Assembly: GCA_030141605.1 (NCBI GenBank)
Contig: JAQGDQ010000156.1
Span: 248,001 to 312,000, forward strand
Reading direction: 5' to 3'
DNA from: Tubiluchus corallicola
Taxonomy: Eukaryota > Animalia > Priapulida
DNA: 64,000 nt
Positions 49,065-62,932 of this stretch are shown here, piece by piece. The translations under genes were made by a program, and so were the position numbers. How positions within the stretch are numbered: position 1 is the first letter of the stretch; each line of letters starts with the position of its first letter. The notes under the pieces were generated by a model. That model ran no database searches, was not told the DNA's origin, and saw nothing but the letters and a program-made list of their open reading frames with translations.

Positions 49065-50023
49065 AAATTTTCTAGATCAAAAATATTCCACGAGCGTGTT
49101 GAACGCGTTTGCGAAAGCGAAAATTGAAGTGCAGTGGTACTGTAAGATATATAGTGTATTGTAATAAAGCTAGGCAAGTTTTACGATAAAAATTCAAATT
49201 TCAAATTTACAACTGTACTCGCTGCATGAGCTGTCGAACGTGTGTAGTTCGTCACAAACTAACGCAACTGAACTGAGAGGTACAGCACTTGTGAAATGCA
49301 TGTAACAGCGAAGAACTAGTGACGCGAACGCGAATTGCGTTTGCGTGGTAATAATTCTTTCATGTAAGGCATTCTTTAAAAAGTAGTATGTTTTAAAAGA
49401 ATAGGCTCTTTTGACCTACAGTTTAACGTTGGGCCCGGTTTTGCTTAAATGTACTCCTTTGTTATTTTTATACCATTCCGCAAAGTTCTGATGAAGTTTG
49501 ATGACACTTGCAACACCACTAAGGATTACTTGCATGCATGCTGCATTAGAGTTGAAGCTGACATTGAGCAAAGCTTAGAAACAATTTGTTTCCAAACTAT
49601 AAAATTTCAGTTATAATGAAACCCTTTAAACTTCGCAAACATAATGATGTTTTACTAATACAACGACTACTGTATTCCGCATCCAGTGCAAGGCCTAATC
49701 AGTGTAGATGGTATGGTAGGCCCGGAATCTGGCTCATTGTCAAGGAAAAGCCTCCAAAATGAATGTCTGGACATATTGAGATGCCGGGCCAATGACAGTT
49801 ACCCATCCGTTCACTTACAAGTTTTGCGTTATTTAATTTAGGCCGTTTAATCACTTGGCTATATACGCCTGTTCTTATTACTAAACTCAGACGAAAGAAA
49901 CAAAGTACAGAGCTTTCTGAAAAGACTATTTACTTAATATTTTACATTGTAATTTTCATGATCCAAATGGATTATTATATGAGGATATGAGGTCTGTGTA
50001 AATGTTTTTGATGAGTTACATAC

Positions 50024-50058
50024 CTTATAAAAACAACAATGTAGAGAACGTTGTTCAT
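50024..50058 (-). CDS. Secreted single IGFBP(IB)-domain protein, exon 1 (signal peptide)
   Basis: ATG AAC AAC GTT CTC TAC ATT GTT GTT TTT ATA AG/GTATGT; phase 2 joins exon 2 to give signal peptide MNNVLYIVVFISLAAVASA; total CDS 414 nt, 137 aa. Confidence 0.85.
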
Positions 50059-50109
50059 CGCTACAGTAATCTGAATGGCTTCCTCTCACTGTAACAAAAA
50101 TACAAGTTT

Positions 50110-50155
50110 GTTGCTGAGTAACACATTCAAACCGTTGTGCTCTCACTTATATAGT
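50110..50155 (-). promoter_or_regulatory. TATA box and Inr-like site of the IB-domain gene
   Basis: Minus-strand CTATATAAG at 50154-50146 with TCAG about 30 nt downstream, about 90 nt upstream of the ATG. Confidence 0.55.
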
Positions 50156-51485
50156 CAGCAGTCGTATATATCGATGTAATATCCCGCATAATTAAACTAA
50201 AAAGTACCAGGATTTGCATTAAGATGTTTAGGTACAAGAGCTAATAGGGATTAAACCGTGTGGCGTAAAGTTAGCGTGAGGGTGAGAGGGGCGGACCCGG
50301 AACGTTAGGATTTACCCGACCGTTCTGTGAGTGATCAAAAAGTTCATTTCAGAAGTGTAACAGAAGCTGTGATGAGTGTGATGAAACTTGCGACGCAGCA
50401 CGGGAATACTCTCATGCTGCGTAGAGTCGAAACTGACTTTATAAACAATTTAGAAACAAACCTGAATCGTCGTTATAATGAAATATTTTAAGCTTCACAA
50501 ACATAACAATGCTTTACTAATACTATGGTTACTGTCTGTCTGACACCAAATTATATGTACACCTAAGAAGACAGGCAATAACAAAATTGTAGCCTGGGTA
50601 ATTGGTGCACGACTAACAATTTCGTTAATTGTTCTAATATCACTAAAAAGTGGAGGAAATGTTTAAATAAACGTCTCGTTCTATTTATGAATTGGTGGGG
50701 AGACTTGTTCTCTAGCTTCGACCTCGTGGTTCTACAATCTTGTGGGAACGCACAATCAGGATCTTATAATATATCACTTAAGTAAACTTCCCAGTTTTTT
50801 TCAGTGTCGCAGTGCAGTTTGTAATGAAATTGAGAATTAATTTAAAAAAGTTTATGTCTGGATGCGTATAAAGAAACAGATGATTACTGCCAACATAAGA
50901 ACTTTTAATTGACAGTGGCATCTAAGAGCAACGTATGTAAGCTGGTCTCGTTCTAGTATTCTCTTTAACGAGAGGTTGGGTTTGATTTTCTGTTCATCAC
51001 TACTTTCACAACAGTGTGTAGTTCCGCCATCTATTTTTGTAAAGTGGTCGCTGTCAGCCAGCTGAAAAATGAATGGAGGAGAGAGAAAGTACATCAACAC
51101 ATGTGGGTTTTCATAATGTGGGTTGTAATGCCATTGTGAAGTCTGGGAAAAATTATGTAAATGGTAGTACGGAAAATATTATGGAAACGTGCTGATAATT
51201 TCAATGTTTTGTCACGGTCGGGAAACCACTCTTTTAGCATGGTAATTTGAATATACGTATTTGCTCTGCCTTCCGTTTGCCGACATTGGTCCACTTTGAG
51301 AGCTCTGAGAAGCCTCTGCGTGTAACGCGCTGGGTCAGCCCTGTGGCCCCAGAGGCTACGCTGTATGTCAAAGCTGGACAGAATCCTTATCCCTTTAGTA
51401 GTACCAAGTGTCACTACTAGCTAGATAACTCACGAAATGTTAATTAAGTGAAGGAAAGCAAAGTTAAAAGTCATAACGTAGATTA

Positions 51486-51958
<473 letters not shown>

Positions 51959-52260
51959 ACCCTCTATCTGGTTTTCTCGTTTCTGCAAAACCACAGAAAA
52001 TTTTTCGCGAACACTGTAAACATATCTGGCGTTTTTGCATGATGAGTGAATTAAATAATTTATGAAGAAGAAATCGCATTACAATTCCCATGTTTCCTGA
52101 CAGACTGAGAAAATATTTACATCTGTACGCGAAAAATTCGAACAAGACGCTATGTTTACCTTAAATTGAGCAACTATAAATTATGCATGACAACTTGTAG
52201 AGGATTCGGGGGAAGGCAATCAGGAGAAAGTGGCGGCTGAGTTCAGTATGTAAATAAAAT

Positions 52261-52277
52261 ATGGCGCATTTCTTGCG
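52261..52277 (+). CDS. Candidate first coding exon (MAHFLR) of the gene continuing at 62166
   Basis: AAAATATGGCG start context, donor CG/GTAGGC in phase 2, matching the phase-2 acceptor at 62166; phase match alone is weak. Confidence 0.3.
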
Positions 52278-52399
52278 GTAGGCATGGTTGGCTCACAGCG
52301 TTTCACCGATATGGAGTGGTTTTAGTGTAAGTGCTGTATTCAGAATTCCAGCACCGTATTCAACGAAAACGATTATTAAATTTTTAATATTTAAAGCAC

Positions 52400-52822
52400 A
52401 ACAAAACATTCTTCATTAACAAAACTTAAAAATTCGTCTTGAAACTTTTTTATCACTTACATCTGTCTTAGCATTAATGCTGTATGAAACTTATAAATTT
52501 AAACTCTCGTGATGACAGTTAGGCACAGTCATTTTCACGGTAAGTCGTTTGAGACAAGTTTATCAGAGCATTCATAGCGCACTCTTCACTAACCAAGCAG
52601 TTTAACTTACTTTGTATTGTTAATAGGATGAATAATGTGTCTTTTGATGAATTAGTGGTGCACATTGGGATGGCGATTCAGTACCGTTTTACCAGGTGGC
52701 GCAAATATTTTAAATTACTAAGAATTTTCTTTTCGAATTGCATAAGCCTATCAAACAGGTAAGTAATATAACTTTGCATGGAATGCTATATCAACAGGAA
52801 TGTTGTTTGGGACATACCTTAA
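52400..52822 (+). repeat. Dispersed repeat family A, copy 3
   Basis: CTTAAAAATTCGTCTT, TTTGAGACAAGTTTATCAGAGCATTCATAGC, GGTAAGTAATATAACTTTGCA; ends CCTTAA. Confidence 0.7.
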
Positions 52823-53172
52823 AATTCCTTTTTCGTTCTCTTTAAACATATTCTTGACAGGTTTTACCAGTATGAAGTAAGGAACTGATTTTTTGTGGTG
52901 ACAGTGGTGATGGCTGGGGTGGGTGGTGTTTTTCATTTGGGTGGAGTGTCAGCTGAGAACGAGCCATATGGCTAAGAAATAGACTCTTTTACTTTAATAT
53001 TAGTGCATTAAACTGAAGTAAAATAACTAGTTTTATCTTGTTTTCTTGCTTATTTTCTTACTTCATTACAGCACTACTCTTTAATTTACTTACTTTGCTT
53101 TGTTTCCCCAACTTTCTTTGATTTATTACACCGTACTTTGTTATAAAAATAACGAAAACAATGTAATGAGCA

Positions 53173-53590
53173 CCTTACCTTATCTTACCTTAGCCTTACT
53201 TACCTTACTTTACTATAGTTTACCTTACCTTAACTTACCTTACTATACTTCACCTTACCTTACCTTACTTTAGTTTAGAATATTAGCATACCTTACTTTA
53301 CCTTACCTTAGCTTATCTTAGTTTACCTTACCTACCTTACCTTACCCTAAATTACCTTACCTAACCTAACCTAACCTTATCTTACCGTACCTTAGTTTAG
53401 CTTACCTTACCTTACCTTACCTTACCTTACCTTACCTTACCTTACCTTACCTTAGCCTACCTTACCTTACTTAGGTTAGCTTAACTTACCTTACCTTACC
53501 TTTCATTACCTTATCTTCCCTTACTTACCTTGCATTAGCTTACTTCAGCTTACCTTTCCTCATCTCACCTTACTGCACGTTACCTTACTT
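53173..53590. repeat. (CCTTA)n pentanucleotide microsatellite
   Basis: Direct inspection; purest core at about 53401-53453. Confidence 0.97.
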
Positions 53591-54939
53591 TTACGTCATA
53601 TTATGATATGACGATAGTACAAATTCGAACAAAATTCTAATTCATCCACTTATATTTGCATTTGTGTTGATTTCCCTCAGTTTTTCCAATAATTAATTCC
53701 AAGATTATTAAACAAACCTTGAACGCGCTCATAATTAATTATGGATTCATCTTTGACATTCAGGGTGACTTAGTAATTTCACGTTTGACTTCAGTAAGTT
53801 TTTATGGCTTTAGTAAGCTTGTAGGGCAAAGGTATTTCATTATTTCATTTGATTTGCTAAGTTTTATGTTCATCTTTTTATGCCGCAAGTTCTTCATCTT
53901 TTCTTTAGACTAAAAAAATCATGTAGCGGTGCTAGATTTCCTCTGCTTTCTTCTGTTATGCATCCTAAAATTTCTATTTTGCCTTTACCTAGATTGTTCG
54001 TTCACCCGCCCTGTTAGACGATTCGTGTCATATGACTAATCTAAATAAAGACGTGGAAGAGATTAACATAAAAATTACTGTAGCTGAACTTCTATTGTGG
54101 TTGTGTCTGTACGACCGACATAACAATGAGTTTATTTATTATTTATTCTATTAGGATACATCATTGTACTCATTATTGACGCTGTAATGGTAAAATCAAG
54201 ACTAATAGTTCAATAGTCCGTGGCGAAATAACTTCCTCATCGGGAACATGATTTTCGACCACTGCATATCGCAGATACGGGGATATTCCACAAATGACCT
54301 TTCGTTTGTAACGTGAGCAGGAGTTTTAGGAGGTGCACACCAAGATAGGTACCACAAACTTATAGCCTCCTCAGGAACATATTTTCGATGTCTGCATGTC
54401 GTAGATACGGAGGTCGGTCAAAAATTCACACTGTTGTGATGGCTGCTGTGATCATACTGACCCTGGTGTGTTGTACGCTACCAAATTGGAATTCATAGTT
54501 GACGTTAAGGATGTAAAGTCTACAATTCTATGCATGTCAGCTTTCCTAAACAAAGGACGTTGTTGACTATTTCTGATATAATTTTTGACTTCCCAACACT
54601 AAAACAACGCGTTTTTGGAGTTGTTTTTAGAAACGCTCTTTTGAACGAGCATAGTGAGCATACAAGTGAGAAAACTGAAGGGATCAAGGTTTCTCTTGAA
54701 TGTGAAGGTTAGTAGCAGTTCATCTTCTAGCTTTTCGTTCTGACGTCAGCAAGTGAACCCGAAGAAAGTGAGGACCCAAGCTCAGCTACATTCAGAAACA
54801 GACACCACTGGCACTCCAAGAAGATGGTACCTTACACTTAACAGATTCTTAAAGCTGTACTGTATACACAAATCGGTCAGTCGGTTTTGCATAGGGTACT
54901 GCTGTTGCATAAGTGCTACTCCCTAGTTTGTTACCTTAG

Positions 54940-55410
54940 CTTCTGCTTTAACCCACTTGACAGACTGCTAAACATTTTGTTCAATTTGTGTTTTTTCTGT
55001 TTTGGTACTAACCTTGTTGTCGATTGCTAATCGAAAGTCAGTTGTTATATTAAGCCTCGTTTATCACCACTTCTGTGGAAGATACCTTCACAGCCTCTTG
55101 TCGTTGGTTCCTGAATCACGACAGTTTGTTTGGTGTCTTGTTTTCTGTGTAGCTTCTCACAGTCTTCCCTCCGACATTCGTAGCACAACAGCACAGCTTT
55201 TTATAAATCTTCTTTTATCTGTGGAATTCTCTGATAGGAAATAGTTTTCCTGTAAGCTGCAGCCTCAAAAACCGATTCAAGAAGAACTTTAACAGATACT
55301 AGTTAAGTAGCTGTATGAATTATGTTTCTTGAACATATATTCATATGCTCACTTTTTAATATAGCCTCTACTTTAAATGGCGGATTCGCCTTGCCAAGCA
55401 AATTAACGAT
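54940..55410 (+). mobile_element. Old CR1/Jockey-group LINE 3' fragment
   Basis: LLSIANRKSVVILSLVYHHFCGRYLHSLLSLVP resembles the L-SL--RR-V--L---Y segment of CR1-group ORF2; LWNSL-like TGTGGAATTCTCTG near 55220. Confidence 0.55.
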
Positions 55411-56043
55411 CACTAATCCTTACGAGACTTCCCTTCAACAAGTATGTGGGGTTTCTTTACTCACAGAACAGAGGCTTATCTATGTGTAATAAAATTATCC
55501 TGGAAATTGCTGTTTGTTTGTTTTACAAACTCTAAATGTGCGCGTTTATAATATTTGTTTGGTTATGGATGTTGGTTTTGCTGGCCTGAGGCTGGGGAGC
55601 ACCGTGTGATGTGATTGCTTCCTGTGTGTGGTTGGTTTCAATTACGGGGCACTATGTGTTTTCGACGCGTTAGCTTGTAGTCACCTATCGATGAATTTAT
55701 CGTAGCAAATTGAAAATGTACATAACTAACTAAGAGCCAGATGGAACACAACAGTTAAGGTAGATAACTAAACAACCATTGCATGGTATAGTTTGCTTTT
55801 ACTTAGGCGAAATTTTCTTTCATCAGCTTTGTTTCCTGAGTCTCTTTCTAGACAATTTTATACGTAACTTTCTTAGCATCACGTCACCGTCTTTTCTATG
55901 GAATATTTTTCTCTTGCGAGATAGCTGTTCCTTGAAATTTTATGAAAATCTAATTATGATTTCTATTTTCACTAATTATGACTAGTATTGTTTCTTGTTA
56001 AAAGTGGTGTTTATTGGTGATACTGCTTGTTAAAAACTTCTCT

Positions 56044-56900
<857 letters not shown>

Positions 56901-58089
56901 CAGTTAACCATTATTTGTATACGTGTGTGGCTTCGTACATTGATTGTTTGGCTTCTAGTTCGCTTAGCCTTTGTGAAAACGAGTTTGTCGTATCATGTTT
57001 TGGGGTCAAAAGAGATGCGATACTATTGGCAAGAATGCACACGAAGAGAAATTTCAAAATGTACAGTACGTCCTGGAACTGTGGAATTCTTCGGATAGCC
57101 TACTTTTCCTAAACTCTCAAGATCTCCCCGATTTCATCGATCCTGACCCGTGATGAAATTTCACTAGTTGATTTTGGTGCATATTCATGCCTGATAATTT
57201 CGTGTGCCCAATGCATTGCAACGAGATGGTGGTGGGGCGCTCGGAGCTGATTCCCCGTTCTGCTACTCCACGTTCTCCTGCATCTAGTAAAATCCAGCAC
57301 TCTGCATTTTTGCATTTTGTTCTCTGTCCAAATATATAAAAATCTCTTTTTAATGACCAAATATATAAAAATGGAAGCCGGCAATAAGTGCTACCGGTTT
57401 TTCTGCTTTGTTTGCGCAGGTTTGGAGACCTGATTTCGGGGATTAAAAGTGTAAGAAAAGTCCGTTATTTACCTGGCCGTTGGCCACGCCCTTGCCGAAT
57501 TCTTTTGCGAAACAGTTAGCAATAGCCTATCACAGATGCGCTTACGGATAGTCACAATGCGCTTATGGAAACTCACGAAGTCTCCCAGTTACGTCATGAT
57601 TTTCAGGTGAATGGCGGCAATCACCAGGCCTGAAAATTTCTATTCAGAGATAGTATATTTTATAGTTTATACAAAAATGGAGGCCCATTTTTATATGAAG
57701 TCTGATTTTGTATGAAAGTAATCCTTCTTAGCGCTTTTTGTGCTTACAGTAGTGTCACTAAAAATTGGCAACATAAACAATTTATTATCAATTTACTATT
57801 ATCACTGAATTCTTTGCATTTCTATGTTAACCATAACGTTATTAATATCCGTGTGTCTTTTAAAGGAAAAGCCAAGCCTTCTAGGAGGTTAGTTGTTGTT
57901 AAATCATTTTCTTTTGATTTTCTCCAATTTTTTGACACAAATGCTTTACAGTTATTATAAATTATGCACGCAGTCCACGCATTTTGTACTTCTTGATATT
58001 ATGTGTTTGTTGCATTCTCAAGTATCAATATTATTAAATCTGTAAGTTCAATGTTGTGTTACTCAAGACTAAGAGGGTATTGGTAAAAT

Positions 58090-58785
58090 TGTTCTTTTCG
58101 TATTTTTTTACATTTTATGGTAATAATATTTTCTGCCTAACTGACAATAACATTAAGTTAATAGCGGTGGAATTTCGAAAATCCTTGCGACAAATTGTAG
58201 GTGTTCCCTAGAACTTCCATTCAAATATGACACGTTGCAAAGCCGAAACTGTACTCCTTATTAACATTTTTTGTAAAAGGACATTAAAGATATAACATTC
58301 CAGAATAACAGATTTACCTTTTTTCCAAATCCTATCGTTAATTCCAGAACAAGCAATCTAAAACAAATTAGGACAAATACCCACTATGGAACGAACTCTG
58401 TAATCAAACAAGCAATTTTACTTTGGAATTCTCTACCATTACAGGTTAAACAAATCAAGTCCCTATCAGCATTTAAAACAAAATTTAAATCACTAATATT
58501 AACCAGATATGAAATACCATCACACCAGTACGACAACATACACACTAATTCAGAATTCATATACCCACGGCCATATTAATCAAATCATAGTTTTTTTTAT
58601 TTATTTTTGTGTATGGTTGTAAATATGTTTGATTTTATTCGTCATTACTGCACAGTAGTTTAGATTGCACTGACGCATTTGCCTTCAGCAGTGTAAGTTT
58701 TTATTAACTAACACTGATTGATTATCTCTGTAAAGTTTTTATCAGTGATTATCAATGTTTTTAATGGCAAATAAAGATTATTATA
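58090..58785 (+). mobile_element. Two adjacent LINE ORF2 C-terminal fragments
   Basis: 58090-58235 reads FYG...AVEFRKSLRQIVGVP*NFHS (RTEX/Proto2-like); 58250-58780 reads TNTHYGTNSV...LLWNSLPLQVKQIKSLSAFKTKFK (CR1 group), ending AATAAAGATTATTA. Confidence 0.65.
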
Positions 58786-61700
58786 TATATATATATATAT
58801 ATATATACAAACGCGTCTGTCAAACTAATAACGAAATTCTTTTGTCACTGAACATTCTGAATGATCATTCAAGTATAACAATGCTAGGAGAAAATAGAAT
58901 TTTTTGTGAAAGTAAAGAAATGGATTTAAGTTATACCGTAGAAGAAAAACTAAGTTATGAAATCTACTGGTATTATCAACGAGGGCTAATTCATGAAGGT
59001 TTCACTCGAAATAAACTGGATGAGCTGCTTTTATATTTACCAACTAATCAATTCAAAATAGTATATGTTGTATTGTTTTGTATATTTCTACTGTTACTAA
59101 TTATCTATATCCATCTCTGAATTGTATATTGCTTTAATTTGCGAAATAAATGATATATGTTTATAAGTAATATTGAGTTGCATCTTTTCGATTGTATCTT
59201 TTAAATTAAGTACACCCTGCCTCTCGAAGACGAAACTGTTTGTTTTTCAAGTTGATAGATGCGGTGATGATTAACATAAATATTGAATGTTTATTGAATA
59301 AGCATCGACGCTGGTGATCGACTTGTCTGCAATGAAGCTTGCAACAGCATGGCTCCTGCAACCGGAAGTACAATCACTAATCAGGGCAAGCAACAAACTT
59401 TTTTCCCTGAACCAAATGTTTCGAGCATTCTGTTTCATTCGCTGCAAAAACTTGCGGTATGCTTTTAGTTCAAGAGCAAGGAGGGTATGCGTGTTTTGTC
59501 TGTGGGAAGACCTGTTATACTGCTCCTCCCTTTTTCTCTAAGCTTATCTACCATAGAGTAAGAACAGCTGTTGACTTAGTATCTATCAAGATGCTTAAGA
59601 CAAAAATATAAAATGAATTAGACAGCTGTTGTCATTTAGTGATACCGTAACGTTCGAAGCGATTTATGTATAACTTAATATAGCTTAAGTATGTACTTTT
59701 GTTCAAAATAGGCCTAAATGTATTCTGGATTTAAAAATACATGCATTTACAATCGGCCACAGTTTGTGGTCAACAAACGTACATTAACACTGTAACTATG
59801 TGAAGCTAACTCGGGGCAATTCTTTTCGGGGTCAAATCAGTGCAGAGAGGCTATTTCAAGGCTCTGTTATCTTTGCTCTACCCCTTTTCATGTTGGGTCA
59901 CTAATCACTGTTATTTATATTTTAAGAGGCCTCATGTGTATTAATTACTTGTTACCCAGCTTATCCAGACATCTCCGCAAATGCATTTGTTGATGAACTG
60001 TATAGCCAGTTTAATTTGCTATAAGCTCCTTCATTAAGCATTTGAATTGTGGAGCTTGGAGCGTGCAGTGCTTCAAGCTAAAATAGAGCAAGGTCTGGAT
60101 TGAAACCGTGCATTTAGATAATAATAGGCGGTTTAATTTAGCGTGGTATCGATCACCGATATCCGTGATTGCACGTAGCGTGATCAGAATTCTGGCACGT
60201 ACACGAGAGTTGTGTGCGATATCCCCGAGGTTCAATATTGGCGCCTCTTTTCAGCTCTTCACAGAATAAACACGAGACTGCTCTTATCTCTCTGGATAAG
60301 CCGCAGGTCTTGTTTTGTGTTCTCTTGGGATGATAATGGCTAAACCTGAGCACGCTTTCATGTAAAACGTTTTTCATTTTGTATAGTTATGGTGATTTGC
60401 TGACTTAAAATGGGGCCATATTTGCGAATTTTACCAAAATAATGTAACTCGAAGAATCTTGTACAAATAAATATACTTAAGATTCACAAGTTGCAATTTT
60501 TCCACTGGTATGCTTGATGTTTCTTGTCTGATATTGATTCCTAGTAAGTATAAGTGCTACATATTTAGTCCAAAACTGAGAAGATGTATGAAATTTGATA
60601 ACCAAAATGAAATTTCTATAATAAATTTTGCTTTATGTTATACATATGCAAAGGTTACTAATAAATGTTCCTCTATCTTTTTAGTTTGATTTAGATGTAT
60701 GAACTTAACTTTTGAATCTTTCGTTATCTTCAAAAAAAACTGCAACGTTTTACAAACGTAGGGTATTATTAAAGTTTTCACTCTCAAACATTGGCACAAC
60801 AGTTTATTTGCGCGAATCCAATAAAATGTGCCTAACCTCTCGTTTGAAATTAATCTGTTTAAGACTCTCTGTGCGTCTGGCTTCGGAAGCCACCACTTGC
60901 GCTCGCTCGACTTCCTGTCTGTTTTTAGCGCAAAGCCTGCAGGCTTTGGTGGATATTTTCGTCCTGCATACTATAGCTTCATTGTTGTAACCTGGTGATT
61001 TTCATGAAGCCACTCACGGCATCTGTTTCTCATCAACAAATCGTTGTGTTGATCATAAGGATGATGAATCTGGGACAGGTCTCTTGGCAGCTGCACAAGT
61101 AGTAGTTCTTTTCTTGTTTCTTACATTTTTTTAAGGTTTTCGTCTGAGCAAAACCTGAATGAGCATAAAACTGGACTTGCTACACGTTCAGTTGTAACTT
61201 TTATTTCGATCTACTCTTTAGGTTCCGAGTTATAGCCGGAATTTTCAATTTTTAAAACCGGCTAATTCGAATCACGCAGCCACGCTAGATATCGTTGCAC
61301 GTATCTTTTTGGGCAAGTAGGCAATTAGGCGCCAGCTAATGGAGCGCAGCTTAAAAAATGTTGTAATGCTCCGTTATATTGGATTTTTGACTCACTTTGT
61401 AACAGAAACGCCTTCCCTAGTTGTGACTTTTCGTGCCAGCCTGGTGCAAAGTTTAGCAGAAAAAAGGAAATATGCCTTTACGTATTCTCAGAGAAAAAAG
61501 CTTGAATACAAAACTGAAATATGTTCAAAATTATAGAAAAAATCAATAACCCTATAACAAAAGAAAAGACATACTCTTGTCGTTTGTCATGAGTCACGAA
61601 ACCATTTTCGTTGTCATGTTTTTTTTTCATATAGAAATACAAAACTAAACAGTACACATTTTATATGTATACACATGACGTTTAATATAGCACTTTTAAC

Positions 61701-61879
61701 AGTATTTTAAATTAGCTGTAAAAACAATTTTGTAATATAACGTGTTTTGTAAATTTTAAAAAAACATATTATCACCTTTTCGTACCATTAAGTTGAATAG
61801 GTCTCGGTGTGGCATATTTTTCGGACCAGGGATACCCGTATAAGCTACCTAAGTATTTCTGCATCCGTCTTAAACCTCA

Positions 61880-62014
<135 letters not shown>

Positions 62015-62165
62015 AAGTAGCCCTATATATAGTCCAGTTACTAATTATGGCAGTTCATATTGAAACCATAGCATTGTCTGTAGCAGTTGGCTTTTTCATT
62101 TAATTGCTTTAGGCACATTTATATTCGAGCTGGTCCACATGAGAACAATTCTTTGTGTTTTCCAG

Positions 62166-62932
62166 GTTGAGGCGAGAACATGCTGAACTGTTTTATGGTA
62201 AAACCTGCAAAAGTCTTCCACAAAAAACCGTGCAGAAGTTGTCACCAGAGGTCGTTGCAGCATGCACTGGACCAGGAAGGGGAATCACGTCGGTGTCTTT
62301 AGATTGCATTTGGCCAGAAATGCCTGGCAAAAACGTTACTGTCTACCCTTCAGAGTCACAGACTAGCAAACGTGAGCAAGTTTTCACTCCAACTGAAAAC
62401 TGGTTCAAAGAATTGCAAAATTTAACATTAACTAATGGCTATAGTGACGAGCACTATGATGAGTACAGGAGTGCAGAAGAGAAGGTTGACTTACACTCAC
62501 TAAGACGTGATCTCATTGAACAGAATTCAGACGTGACTCTAAAAATTATCACCGATAAGTACAGAGAAACGCAACGACCCTACACCCGGCACCCGACCAC
62601 ACTAGAGCTTCCTCCGGACATATCCAGCAGTATTCTAGGCACACCTTCTCCAACTGAACCACTAGAGGGCCTACATGGCCGGTTTGCTTCGGCTGGGTCA
62701 CAGGATGAAAATTCCTTTACTGACAATAATGACTCTTGCATCAAATCCATTGCCGACCTTCAAAAACAACTGGAGTTTATAGACGTGTCTGATAATGAAG
62801 AGTTATTAGGAGTTTATGGGAAGGGAGAGGTGCCTAAACCTCCTCCAGATTCACAAGTAAAGAAAAGAAAGCAAAAAAGAGGTGATAGACCAACAGATCT
62901 TTCCATTGGCTTGGCCCATAATGGCGCAAAAG
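62166..62932 (+). CDS. Large exon of an unidentified protein (disordered, acidic/Ser-Thr-Pro rich, two JNK D-motif-like sites)
   Basis: About 255 open codons, GC-richer than flanks, acceptor TGTGTTTTCCAG, donor AAG/GTCAGT (or stop at 62938-62940); motifs RHPTTLEL and RPTDLSI. Confidence 0.8.

Noticed and set aside
50368-50440. Hammerhead-ribozyme-like GTGATGA-AACT...AGTC-GAAAC with an 8-bp hairpin ACGCAGCA/TGCTGCGT
   Set aside because: Core C3 is G, the 10.1-11.1 pair is mismatched, and no stem I, stem III or NUH cleavage site could be built; at most a dead remnant.
50852-51062. Minus-strand coding exon after a strong acceptor at about 51063
   Set aside because: Peptide has no recognisable features and no clear in-frame partner; could be a non-coding upstream exon but cannot be supported.
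53173-53590. Interstitial telomere
   Set aside because: Dominant unit is CCTTA, not CCCTAA or CCTAA; only about three CCTAA units occur.
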